From NCBI RefSeq assembly GCF_008831285.2, contig NC_045138.2, forward strand, positions 5,518,001-5,582,000: DNA of 64,000 nucleotides, written 5' to 3'. Below are positions 50,818 through 64,000 of the stretch, piece by piece; position 1 is the first letter of the stretch; each line of letters begins with the position of its first letter. Source of the stretch: Nymphaea colorata. Lineage: Eukaryota. Under the pieces are notes generated by a model, which was not told the DNA's origin, ran no database searches, and saw only the letters and a list, made by a program, of their open reading frames with translations. A program made the position numbers and the translations under genes.

Positions 50818-52580
50818 AAGTGTTCATCATAAAACTTGCTTTCTAACTAAAAACAAATTTCAATGTATACCACACATATATAACATCCTTGAGTTTCAAC
50901 ACAATCCTATTGTTGGTTTGTAAATTTACATCAGCAACACCAACTTGTGACAAACTATAATTATACATTCCAACACAGCATAATCACTAAAAGCATAAGT
51001 AAAAAATAATTCTTCATTTGAAATGACATGGAGAGACACTACTATCAATTACCCAGATCATATCGTGACTTGTCAAGTTCATAACATCTTCATCATAAAC
51101 AACTGTCATTATGTATAGCTGCAACAACACGATCATTAATATCTTCATTTTTTCTATCTTCTTTTTTACTATTTATATTTCTCCATCAATTGAAAGCAAT
51201 ATTTTTTGATGTACCACATAACATATTCTTGAACTTGACCTTGATTTGCTTCAATTTTTATGTGTACATTTCTCACTCTTGAATTTATTTTTCTCCCTTT
51301 TTTTAGTGACAAATGCTAGACTTTTAGATTTTTTTCTCATCTATTCATTTAAAACACCGACCTTAACAAGCTTCATAAAAGTAATACTATTTGACATAGA
51401 GTTAGTGAGTGAGATCCAAAATGTCTGGTATAAATCTAGTGGAGTGAGAAAAAACCAAGGTTCAAGAACTTCATCTTCAAATTTTAGACTCACATCCGAC
51501 AATTGATTAATAAGTCATTGGAATTCATTCAAGCGATCGACAACAAAATTTCCTTATGCTTAACTTGCATCATCCATATTATTGCCGGTCTTTGAAGCAT
51601 GCAAATTTTCAAGTGAGGACCATAATTTCTTCATATGATTCTCATGCTGAACGTAATATAGGCATTCTCATCAACAAATTATCGAATAAAATCATACACC
51701 TCCTCATGCTCAAACTTTCAATTTTCATTACTGATAGATTCTGGCTTTTGATTTGTAAATATTAGAAGATGCATAATCTTCACAAACAAAATTCATTCAC
51801 TTTGTTTTTGTGTAGATTATAATTTGTGTCAATCGAACTAATCACCTGACTTGTGGTAATGATGTTTATTCTTGAACCAAAGCTTCGATACCATTTATAT
51901 TGGTAAAAGCAGGCACAAACCAAATGATCAAGTTTTACAAACAATGGCAATGACTAAAAATACCTGTAAATAAGCATTTTTATTCTGTGCAAATAAACGA
52001 ACAATATTTCTTCCACCCGCACTCCAAAATAAAACTTTTATCAATTAAGAGATTTCAGTGCACAGGAATAAAAGCAAACACCAAAAAAGACAAATACCAA
52101 TTTTCTACTTGGAAATCCCACTAAAAAATAAGAGATAAATGCCACAAGGTTGAGAGCAATCCGATAACAATAAGTCCATAGATCACCACAAGGTAGATAC
52201 AATAAAACAAAGAAAGAGTAAGAACGGAAAGATCATGAGTGATCCAAGGCAAAGTCATCTTTCTCTAGCCCCAATAGTCATAAAAAGTGAAGAAAAAAGA
52301 ACAAGGAAAACCTCAAACAAGAAATTTAAGTTTTCTTTCCCTCTCTATTAATGACTCTTGTTGCTTCGAGTGAGTGGAGAACATAAAAACCCCAAGCAAT
52401 GAAGAAGAAAACCCCAAGCCAAGACTCGCCTAAAAACATTCTATCCCCTTTTTCTTCCCTCTTCTATTTAAATTTTTGTAATTTCAATCAACAAAATTGT
52501 TGCTTATTTGCATCTTTTCAATGCTTTCCACTCAAGTACGAGTGAAAAAAAAAATGACTTTTCACCTTCCACCTTGTGAT
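50818..52580 (-). mobile_element. Copia remnant (duplicate of 12980-14750)
   Basis: Same gag, protease and PBS remnants. Confidence 0.72.
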
Positions 52581-53420
52581 CCAAACTTAGAGTTCTGTTA
52601 AAAATTGTTTATATTACTACTACAAAACTACTTGTTCTCTGCTTGAGTTTTAATGTCAGCGCTCAAAATCTGGCCAACGTGTGCCAATTTTATTTGATGA
52701 TTTCAAGTATGTTGCCTTGTTTTCCCTCAAATTTTCTTATTGTATAGCTCAGCCAATCAAAAGCGGTGGAGATAATCTCACAAGGTTCCATCAATATACC
52801 TCATTCGACCATATGTGCAACAAAAACCATGACACACAGTACTTTACGATGTGTTCTAGCTTGGATATGGCAGACAGAATGCTTATAATGTTTTTTTTTC
52901 CTCCAATGTATATTTTTCATAGGCCACCCATCATAAGAAATTGATTCTTCAGAACTATGGATTAATTTGTGGCATCGCACCAATCCATGCATCACAAGCT
53001 GCTTCACCCCACCTCTGTCGCTATTTATTCAGTTTGGGCGAGCAGGAGGGAACCCACCGCTGGGGTGAGAAGTTGAAATCCCTTCAAGTCAACCCAGATG
53101 CACTTATGGTTACTTCCCTCAACTCAGAGAGTAGTGTCCATGGTAGTTTCTGACGAGAAAAGTAGCATCCACAAGAATTCAACCTGCAATTAACTAAGAT
53201 TTTATTGATCCACTAATCCAACCAGCTACACTATGTTCCTTAAAACTCATTACCTATTTAGACACCCCAACATGATCATTAACAAGCAACATCTAGAATT
53301 TTCCTTTTGTCTAACATTCTAATTTCGTATCACCACATTATTCATTTTTAATTGCACTGAAAATTTGTTCAAAAATGAAACCATAAGCCTGCCATATCAT
53401 CAGTAATGTTATTGCATACA

Positions 53421-56205
53421 CTAAAAACAAGTAACTAATAGAGGTGGGGAGGGCGACGGGGCCTCAAAAGCACTAAGCGGAGTTGCTTTGGGCAGGGCTA
53501 GGCCATGTCCCTCGGTCATGTCAACCGGCTCATTCATGGGTGTAGACCATTCAAAGCTCTGCAGCAAGCGTGCCACAGTTAGGTGAAGAACTTGCATGGC
53601 CATCTGCCAGCGGACGCAGATCCTCCTTCCCGATCCAAATGCAAGAACGCAAAGTCCTGACCACCAAAGCTGGTCATCTCATTGCAGCTGCTCAAGAACC
53701 TCTCTGGCTTGAATTCTTCTGGGTCCATCCACAATGTCGGATCGTGATGAATCTTCCACACATTAACAAACAGAGTTGAGCCAACCGGCAACTCGAACCC
53801 CAAGTTGAATGGATTCCATTGACTCATGTGGGACCAAAAGCGGTCCATTGGATATAGGCGCATTGACTCTTTGACTATGGCTTGCAAATAAGGCAAGTTG
53901 TTGACATCTGTTTCATCCACTTGTCGCTCTTTGCCGATGTGGCAGTCTAACTCATCATGGGCTTTCTTTAGGAGATGTGGGTTATTTAGCAAGAGAGAGA
54001 GAGCCCACTCAAGTGTGACTGCTGTGGTCTCGGTCCGGCTACTACCAAAACCTGGAATAATTCAAGACAATGGAGATTGGTGGTAAATAGATCTATGCCC
54101 TTTACTGATGCTAGAGAATTGAAAGTGTCACAAGCAAACATGAATAAAAGTAGTATGGGGCAATTTCTTTTATTTGTTATCAGAGGAATTATTTAATATA
54201 TATAGAGCAAAGAACATTCACTGAAAAGCCATTTGAACCTTACGGAAACTACTAAATGTGAGGCTGGTAGCATGAGATCCCAGATCAAGGCTGATCTAAT
54301 ATCCCTTTTATGTAGAACTACAACATAAACAAACACTAGATTTTGCCATTATGTGAAAAGAAGAACTGAGATCCTTAGTTTATAGATAAAACCTTACATT
54401 GGTGTCGGATCTGACCTAAAGCATGTGGATTTGAGATTCTCAATGATCCCAAATTACCTTGATTTTCAAATCTGAGGCAATCAAACACCCCTCGAATATA
54501 AACTACAAGAACATGCCTGATTTAAGATTGTGGGGGAGGGTCTCGTCTTAAATCTATGGCTCTCCAATCTTGAAGATTTAAAATCAGGGGCCATGATTTT
54601 ATTGATCATGGAAGTTCACAATTTGATTGAAATGTGGATTTTATCTATCATGGATTTATGATTCCTTGGATCTAAGATCCATGTGGAATCAAGCACAACC
54701 TAAAAAACTCTTCTAGTATTAATATACTGCGTATATATGATACTCTCATTTCTCTTAGTTTTCTAGATTCCCATTATGCAAACAGAAATTAGGTGATGAG
54801 AAGGACCCAAATCTTATCAGTTTAAATAGGGTGCTAACACGTTCACTTAATCAGCTTAATTTGGCAAGAAATGCTTAAAGTTATAAAAAAAGATTTAAAC
54901 TAAATCACCAAAGAACAAACATCAAAACCTGTTAGTAAGAAGAATCTGAAATATTTAGAAGAGAAAAAAGCACGGCGACCCATCTTTTTTGGTAATTAAC
55001 CATTAGAAAATTAAACTTAAGGGGGAGTTTATTACTTCAGATCTGAAAATTCATAAATCTCACGTGAATCTGACGTGTTTTGCTTTTGTTGATATGACAA
55101 AAGAATCATGAGACCTAGGATTCATACTTAACATTCTTATTTTACTTCTCTCTGTTGAAACACTAAAGGTTAGAATTAAGATTGAAAGGGAAAAGTCGGA
55201 TCTAGAACCACGGTTTTCAAGTCCTATGAGTCTTAGATGCAATCTGTCAAACGCCCGGTAAGTATGTTATGCATATATTTTTTTTATTGTCAAAATCTCC
55301 CAAGTTTGACCTTTGGAACTTCTCTTCAATGGCGGTTCACAATAGCTTAGCGATTTTAGTGCTTTCTGTACTTAAAAAAAAAAAGAGGAAAAGAGAGAGA
55401 GGTGGTAACGTACCGTAGCGGTGGCCTTAATTATGGCATCAGTTTGATGATTTTCGGACAAGTGGCCATCTTCTAATTCTTTAATGAGCACGTCAATCAA
55501 GTCTCTCTCCTCGCCGGCGCTACTGGACTCCTTCTGGCGGTGCTCCGGGATTGCGTCAGAGACGGTGACGTACAACTAGATTGTTAACTCAGCCAGAGCT
55601 TCTCTAAATCTTTTCCTTACCGTCTAAATCAAAGTACTGTTTTCTGGCGACCATCTGAGGACGATGTCATGGCCAGCAGCTCAAATGCTGGTTCATCTCA
55701 ACCGGATCATGGTTGCTGCAACTGCCTACAGACGCCGCACCAAGGAGCCTACTTCATCGACCCCGGATGTGTTATGACCAGCTCGAGTTGCTGGCTTGAC
55801 AGCAGGTCGGTGGCGACGATCTTGCGGAGTTCACGAAAGTGAGGTCCGTATGAGATGAATGCGAAGTGGCACGATCATGCCAAGGCGTTTCCAACCTTCT
55901 AGCTGTGGCCGACCGGCGAAGGCTCGGTCATTGACAGTGAAGCACTCCTTGGCCAGGTCCGTGCTGCTCACCACAATGGCACGCCTTTGTCCCAGTTGGG
56001 GACTGAAGAGAGGCCCGTGCTTCTCTGAAAGAGCAGCAAGAGTTCTATGGAGAGGTGTGGTTCTGGTCAGCAGACCGAGGTGTCCGACTATTGGCCAACA
56101 ACCGTCCGGTTCCGGTAGTCGGCCTCTTGCTTTTCTTTTCTTCTAGATGAAGAAAAGAGCGAGCAGAGCTGCTAAACCCTCTGTTACCAGCTTGATGGAA
56201 TCCAT
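53421..56205 (-). pseudogene. CYP82-like P450 copy F (duplicate of B)
   Basis: Shares B's premature TAG, internal deletion and C-terminal frameshift; many additional 1-bp deletions. Confidence 0.9.
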
Positions 56206-57690
56206 TTTAATTTTTTGTTTAAAAAATTATTTTTAAACAAAATATAACCATTCTAATATATTTATAAAAAATATTTTGATATAACACGTGCTTTGAATCA
56301 ACTTGTTTTTACACAAAAAAATGTTGTTTTTTCTATTATCAAAATGTAGATGCTATGACAGCCATTCATTTATTTTCTTGTCATAAAAACACTATTAAAT
56401 CCTAGAAATGGATCAACTGAATATATATTTCATATCAACCTATCCTTAATAACATATTCTACTGCTATACTTCAAAAAAAAAACACTTTAAATATCATAT
56501 TTAAAGGGTTTTCGGTTTTGTCCCTGACCTATTTGTTTGGTTTATACCAATATTTTCGGTCAATACACAACCCCATATATTATAATGGGTATTATAATGG
56601 GTATGTTTGATAATTGGGTTTGGAGATCTTGGCGACCCCACCAGAGATTACCATAGGACAATGATGGTGACCTCCTTCTTAGACTTTACTATCAATAGCA
56701 TTCTTCCATCGTTTGCACTATGATATTTTGGAGACTGATTGAATTGTTAGAACCACGTAATCCATGGCAGCCGCATCATTCCTTTCGACCAGATAGAGAC
56801 CATTTGATAATATGAGCAATGTGTCATGATCCCATGAATCCATAGAGACCATTTGATAATATGAGCAATGTGTCATGATCCCATGAATCTATGGAGTAGA
56901 TTAATGGAACACTATGACAATATTAAATGAATGTTCTATAATTTTTGTAGACATTAAAATATTTAGCACACATTAGAAAGCCAACCACAAAAGAACTAGG
57001 TGATCCACTGTGAGCACCACCCTAGTGCATGCAATAAATACGCACCAAAAAAGAAACAGAGACATTTTAGCCATTTTCAAAAAAGAAAACAAACACATTG
57101 AAGACTTTATAATTTTTATCTTCCACTTTCCATCTTTTATCTTTGTAGGATTGTTTCTTTTTATAAATAAGCGTACTCTGGTAATTTTTACACAGTACAC
57201 AAAAAAAACCATAAACTCTCCTTGGTGCATATAACCAGCTTTGCATGAACACTTGCTGGCCGGAAGTCTGCCTCTAAAGGGAGAGAGCAAGAAAAACCTA
57301 TGTGGGGTTATATTGAAAGGTATATGTTCCGTCTTGCCAAGAGGTGCTTGTTGTTAGTCTTTTAAGAACTACCATTTGATTGCAAATTAGTAAGCTGACT
57401 ATGTACTAATTACCTGTGTAATTTTTTATTAATTTTGGAAAAACTGGTACTTTCAAAAAGTTGGCTTAACTTGGAAACACTCACGTTTGTTTGACAACAG
57501 TAACACGTTGTTACTTTCATGAATCTGCCCAAAAGTCGGGGTAGACTTATGAAATATAATAACCAATTGTCTTATAAATTTTTCCCAATTTCTTGGTCAG
57601 ATTCATGGAACAATAAATGTTTTGTTTCTATTAACAAATGGGCCCGAAGGTACCAACAATTGACAAATGGATTCAACTCAAAAGGTTATA

Positions 57691-57790
57691 NNNNNNNNNN
57701 NNNNNNNNNNNNNNNNNNNNNNNNNNNNNNNNNNNNNNNNNNNNNNNNNNNNNNNNNNNNNNNNNNNNNNNNNNNNNNNNNNNNNNNNNN
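57691..57790. other. Assembly gap (100 N, size unknown)
   Basis: Run of exactly 100 N. Confidence 0.99.
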
Positions 57791-59030
57791 TTTATTCTGT
57801 GCAAATAAACGAACAATATTTCTTCCACCCGCACTCCCAAATAAAACTTTTATTAATTAAGAGATTTCAGTGGACGGGAACGTAACAACCAATGAAATAA
57901 AAGCAAACACCAAAAGAAGATAAATACTAATTTTCTACATGGAAATCCCACGAAAAAGTAAGAGATAAATGCCACAAGGTTGAGAGCAATCCGATAACAA
58001 AAAATCGACAGATCACCACAAGGTAGATAGATCTCATGACAAAGTCATCTTTCTCTTGCCCCAATGGTCATAAAAAAGTGAAGAAAAAAGAACAATGAAG
58101 AACCTCACACAAGAAATTGAAGTTTTCTTTCCCTCTCTATTAATGCCTCTTGTTGCTTCGAGTCAGTGGAGAACATAAAAACCCCAAGCAATGAAGAAGA
58201 AAACCCCAAGCCAACACTCGCATAAAAACATCCTATCCCCTTTTTCTTCCCTCATCTATTTAAATTTTTGTAATTTCAATCCACAAAATTGTTGCTTATT
58301 TGCATGTTTTCAATGCTTTCCACTCAAGTACGAGGTGAAAAAAAAAATGCCTTTTCACCTTCCACCTTGGTTTGGAAAGGATCCTCCAAAATGAGGTGAT
58401 CCAAACTTAGAGTTCTGTTAAAATCGTTTTATATTACTACTACAAAACTACTTGTTCTCTGCTTTAGTTTTACCTGTCTGCGCTCAAAATTTGGCCAACG
58501 TGTGCCAATTTTATTTGACGATTTCAAGTATGTTACCTTGTTTTCCTTCAAATTTTCTTATTGCTATTCATGCATCAACTTCAAATTTAAAAATGCATCA
58601 CAAGCTGCTTTACCCCACTTCTGTTGCTATTTATTCAGTTTGGGTGAGCAGGAGGGAACCCACCGCTGGGGTGAGAAGTTGAAATCTCTTCAACTTGACC
58701 CAGATGAACTTATGGTTACTTCCCTCAACTCAGAGAGTAGTGTCCATGGTAGTTTCCTGACCAGAAAAGTAGCATCTACAAGAATTCAACGCGCAATTAA
58801 GTAAGATTTTACTGATCCACTAATCCGACCAGCTACACTATGTTCCTTGAAACTCAGTACCTATTCAGACACCCCAACATGATCAATTAACATGCAACAT
58901 CTAGAATTTTCCTTTTGTCTAACATTCTAATTTATTTTCACCACATTATTCATTTTGAATTGAACTGGAAAATTTGTTCAAAAAATGAAACCATAAACCT
59001 GCCATATCATCGGTAATGTTATTGCATACA

Positions 59031-59664
59031 CTAAAAACAAGTAACAAATAGAGGTGGGGAGGGAGGCCTCAAAAGCACTCTAAGCGGAGTTGCTTTGGGC
59101 AGGGCTAGGCCATGTCCCTCGGTCATGTCAACTGGCTCATTCATGGGTGTAAACCATTCAAAGCTCTGCAGCAAGCGTGTCAAAGTTAGGTGAAGAACTT
59201 GCATGGCCATCCACCAGCCAATGCAGATCCTCCTTCCCGATCCAAATGGCAAGAACGCAAAGCCTTGACCACCAAAGCTGGTCATCTCACTGCCGCTGCT
59301 CAAGAACCTCTCTGGCTTGAACTCTTCTGGGTCTGTCCACAATGTCGGGTCGTGATGAATCTTCCATGCGTTAACAAAAAAGGTCGAGCCAACCGGCACA
59401 TCGAACCCACCAAGTTGAATGGGTTCCATTGACTCGTGTGGGAGCAAAAGTGGTGTCGCTGGGTATAGGCGCATTGACTCTTTGACTATGGCCTGCAAGT
59501 AAGGCAAGTTGTTGATGTCTGATTCGTCCACCTTGTCGGTCTTTGCCCACGTGGCAGTCCAACTCATCTTGGGCCTTCTTTAAGATATGTGGGTTGTTTA
59601 GCAAAAGAGAGAGAGCCCACTCAAGTGTGATTGCTGTGGCCTCCGTCCGGGTGACTACCAAAAC
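59031..59664 (-). pseudogene. CYP82-like P450 copy G, exon 2 (duplicate of E; 1-bp insertion near 59531, possibly an error)
   Basis: TRTEAT, ESMR, PERF and FGSGRRICIG split over ORFs 59371-59661 and 59031-59567. Confidence 0.85.
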
Positions 59665-61728
59665 CTGGAATAATTCAGGACAATGGAGGTTGGTGGTAAG
59701 TAGATCTATTGCCTTTACTGGTGCCCAGATCCTAGGCTGATCTAATGTCGCTTTTATGTACGACCAACAAACACTAGCTTTTTTCCATTATGTGAAAAAG
59801 AAGAATTGAGATCCTTAGTTTATATCCAAAACCATGTCTGATGTCCGATAGGAGTAGGGTGTGACATAATGTTTGTGGACCTTTCAGATACAAGACTATC
59901 AAATGCCCCCTAAATATAAAATACAAGAACATGCCTGGATTAAAATTGGAAGAGGGTCTGATATTAAATCCATAGATCTCAAATCATGAGGATCCATCGA
60001 TCTCAAATCTTGAAAATTTAAAATTAGAGAGAATCAAACGTCCTTATGGTTGTGTTTGATAGCATCGGATCTAAGATTCGAGACTACATAAAAAGGTGTG
60101 CTTTGGGATCTCAATAGCATAAATTTAATTCATACTACATGTTAACAATCATGAATTGGGGAGAGGGGAGGGGGTATCCGATCTTAAATTCAGATCCTAG
60201 GGATATAAGATCACAAAGGATCTCAAATCCATGGTGCAATAAAGACAACCTATATTTTTTCACTTTATTTATGGACCATATATAAGGTAGTGGATCAAAG
60301 GTTAATTCGATCGGTTTTGATTTCAAAAGAAAATGAAAATCCATGTCTAAATGTGATTCCTGACTCGGCTAGAACGGATCCTTGAAATTGTACTCGGCGA
60401 CGCTTGGGTCCAACCCAAACTTTATCTGTTGATGAGGTTCAAAAAAGTTCGTCGGTTTGTAAAGTCCTCAAATTGTTTACTTAAACGATTAACATGGAGA
60501 TGGAAGAAAGACATGAAAGAATTTCACAAAATTTTTAAAACTATGTTAAAAATTCAGCAATAATAGAAACTGCAGCTAGCATGCTCATATCGACAAAATA
60601 CAAAAAAGTTTTTTTAATCGCTATAATAGAAAAGGTGCAAAAGATTATTTAGTGCTTGTTAAATATGTAAAAATTCAATTTGTTGAGTCAGTAAACTATT
60701 TCTAGGCTTCAAGCTGCGGCAAGTGTAGCTGGTCAGACTGATAAATTGGTGAAAGTCTGATCGTGAGTTTGATTCCTGTAGATAAAATTGTGGTTCAAGG
60801 TTGAAGATGCACTGCCTTCATGACAGGCTCAGCAACATATAGGTTGGGCCTATGCCAGCAACAAAATTTTTATACAGCCAAAAATTTTTGGTTCCACCCC
60901 TGAGGCTAGGAAACAACCTTGGACCTTAAAGGCAATGGGAACAAAAGAAAGTTTTGGCTTTTTGTGCTAAATTGACAGTAAATTGTATTTAAGCTTAATT
61001 TCCTTTCAAATCTTTATATATAAAAAACAAAGTCATTTAGATATAACTGATCATGCATTAATGTTATTGAAGTAGTAAAAAAAACAACTAATACAAATTA
61101 ACAAATCAACTTACAAATATTGTGGCCTTTTCCGAAAAAAATAGTTTTTTATTAGTAGTGCAAAACCTAAGGGTATTTTTAACAATATGAAACTTAAGGT
61201 TAGGTGACTTTTTCTTTTAATTATTTTTAAGTATGTCTTAGAATTTTTTTAAATACAAGTTACAAAATAAAAATATCAAACTTGGTAAGGATGATGATAG
61301 CTCGATGGAAAGAAATCTGGTGAATTAGTTGGCAAGTGATGACACAAGCTTAAATGACAAGAAAATGTTGAAAGTTATAAAAAGAATAAATTTAAATCAC
61401 CACAAGAAACAAACAACAAAATCGGTTAGTAAGAAAAATCTGAAATATTAAATAAACATGGCGACCAAACCTTTCAAGAATAAACACGGTTCATCAAACT
61501 AAGTATCTTAGTGGAGACCAAAGATCCATACTTAACATTTATGTTGAAAAATTAAAGGTTAGAGTTAAAATTGAAAGGGAAAAATCCGATCTTAAACCCA
61601 TGGTTTTCAAGTCCTAAGAATCTGAAATCCAAAATAAGTATGTTATGTATTTTTTCTTTCTACTGTCAAAATCTCTCAAGTTTGTCGTTAGAAAATTCCC
61701 TACAAATGGCGGTTGACAATAGCTTAGC

Positions 61729-64000
61729 ACAAAGGAAATCCAAGTAGGAATAGACATTACGATGACTATAGTAAAAAAGGATGATGGAAAAGAATTTGGA
61801 AATATAGACTAAAAAACAAAATAGAAGAAAAAGAATGGAAACACATAATATTAAATCTAGATAACACAAACAATATACTAATGTTATGACAAATCTGGAA
61901 AGCTGAAACGAGCCAACACATTACAGAAAGCAAAATAGAATTAAAAAATATACCAACGCATATTGAAAATTCATTTGTAGGAAACATATATTTGTGGCTT
62001 GCTCAGTTACCAAACTCTTCAAAAGAATCTTTACGAGCAGAAACTGATATTAAATAAACAACAACAATGAATCCTTTAGACATATTAGAAAAATATTTAG
62101 GATCAATTAAAGCAAAATTCTCACATTCGAATATCGAAAAAATAAATGAAGATAAAATTAAAATAACTGCTAGACAAAACATACTGAATCTAACAATATG
62201 TGATATGTGTTATTTAGAAGAATATATAGAACTATTTAGTAAATATTATTATCAGACAAGTATAACTATATAAGAAAAACCAAGATATTTAGATCTATTC
62301 TTTTCAAAATTACCACCAGTAATATATGGACAAGTGATAAAAACATTTCAGGAAAATAAACCAAAGGAAGACACGTTAGGATCAAGAATAGAATTCATAA
62401 GGACATGGTTCAACACAATGTGTGAAGAATATGTAAAATCGAAAAAACATCAATACTTTAGTAAATTCGATTGTAAAAGTGGATTTTACCATCGAAAACT
62501 TGACGAGAAAAGTAAAAAATGAACAACATTTACAGTAAGTAATGGATTTTACGAATGGAACGTACTACCATTTGGATATAAAAATGCACCAAGAAGATTT
62601 CAAAACGTTATGGATCAACAATTTAAAGGACTAAGGAATTGTATAATCTATATAGATGATATATTACTATTTAGCTATACGCAAGAAGACCATTACTAAT
62701 TGTTAAATGAATTCATAAACTATGCAACTAAAGTAGGAGTGACAATAAGCAAAAACAAAGCAGTAATTTGTAAAAAATAGATAGACTTTCTAGGTATAGA
62801 AATAGATAAAGCTGGAATAAAAATGCAGACACATATTATCCAGAAAATAGCACAAACTGAAGAATTAGATACAAAAAAGAAATTGCAGTCATTTTTAGGA
62901 CTAGCAAATCAAGTCAGAGAATATATCCCTCATTTAGCTAAACACTATAAAACTTTACAAGAAAAACTAAAAAAGATAAACAACATTGTCGGACTGAAGA
63001 AGATAAACAACATATAAATCAAAAAATTTTACAGGAATTAGAACTAGTTTTAGAAAATAAAAAAAGAATAAGTAACCAACTAAATGACATTATAAGAAAC
63101 ATAAATCAGAAAAAACCTGAACTTCAAAAAATAGAACGAGAACCAGAAAAACTCTATATTTCAGACCAGATAGTCAAAAGAGAGATAAAATATTTGATGG
63201 CTATGTACAACCAGGATTTAGTAATAGGAAGAGTAATAACAAAGTCGTTGATATGAATAGAGTAGAATATGAAACTGGCTCTAAGAAAACACTTGTCTTC
63301 GGACAAAAATGCTGAATAATTGAAACAAACTTAGATAGGAAATTTCTAGAATTAAACCAGAAAGACATGAGGTAGAGTGAACATTATATTAGGAAGACAG
63401 TTTTAAAGAAAGAAATATCACCAAAGATATTTCATTCTGTTCCTTTAATTGCTCTGATATATGCAAGAAAGATGGGATTGACTGAAGAAATGGGGCCTTT
63501 TCTTGGAGAAGAATTCCTTCATTTCTGGCAATAGTATTTCTTCTTGCTGTTGGGATTATGAGTTTACCATTTCTTTAGTCAATCTCATCTTTATTGCATA
63601 AATGGTTGGTATGGCAGCATATATTCTTAAAAAAATAAGTGGTGCCTTTGTTATTTTTAGATAACGTTTAGCTACTTTGCATAATTCTAGAATTTCTTCC
63701 AGTTCCTTGGCATTACTGGTGTATACAATATGCAGTAATTCATAACTGTGTACCATTTTTTACTAGATTTGGATTTGTATTTGGATAGACTATCATTTTA
63801 TTTATTCCTGGATATGGGATGGTGGTATAGCCTTTCCCTAATACTGTATTCTTTTCTCTGTGATTTTTGTTTAGGAAATCATAAACTTTCTTTAGGTTTC
63901 TTAGGTAATTATTTACTATTATGGTTTTCTATTTTCTCTTTTTGGATAGTTTCTAAATACGTTTGTGTCTGAGGTGGAGTGAACAGATTGGTTTTGACTG
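61729..64000. mobile_element. Left part of the intronic caulimovirid insertion in copy G
   Basis: Same left junction (agcttagc|acaaagg) and same CP-RT-ORF0-inverted TAV mosaic as 35711-37981. Confidence 0.93.

Larger units (their letters stand above)
42688..56840 (+). repeat. Segmental duplication, copy 2 (matches 4863-19138)
   Basis: Near-identical; visible differences include a ~13-bp deletion near 49607 and a ~96-bp deletion at 56205. Confidence 0.95.
57791..64000 (+). repeat. Duplicate of 31773-37981
   Basis: Near-identical with scattered SNPs. Confidence 0.95.

Noticed and set aside
53400..56000. Accelerated biological decay of copy F
   Set aside because: Dense single-base deletions look like low-coverage long-read consensus error; cannot be judged without reads.
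1..64000. Multi-enzyme biosynthetic gene cluster, or a host species assignment
   Set aside because: Only one enzyme family is visible (a tandem array), and nothing here identifies the species or substrate reliably.

Overview
Plant nuclear DNA in three contigs separated by two 100-N gaps (4763-4862, 57691-57790). It holds a minus-strand tandem array of two-exon CYP82-like cytochrome P450 genes: 7 copies or part-copies, of which only the copy at 33013-46798 has an uninterrupted spliced ORF (516 aa), and that one has an altered I-helix. The intron of that copy contains a ~10.1 kb rearranged endogenous pararetrovirus (Caulimoviridae; 35711-45818), and parts of the same insertion recur at 1-4762, 4863-7981 and 61729-64000 through near-identical segmental duplication or assembly redundancy. 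The virus resembles solendoviruses in CP, MP, Pol and TAV, but reconstructs to an unusual 8-ORF chain (ORF0, CP, MP+protease, three small acidic-tailed ORFs, PR-RT-RH, TAV) joined by overlapping stop/start codons. It also has a shunt-type leader hairpin, a deleted MP core and inverted viral segments inside the host intron, and its promoter points antisense into the P450 exon. Copia, probable Ty3 LTR, LINE-like and hAT-MITE remnants fill the spacers. Family assignments come from motifs read by eye and need database confirmation.
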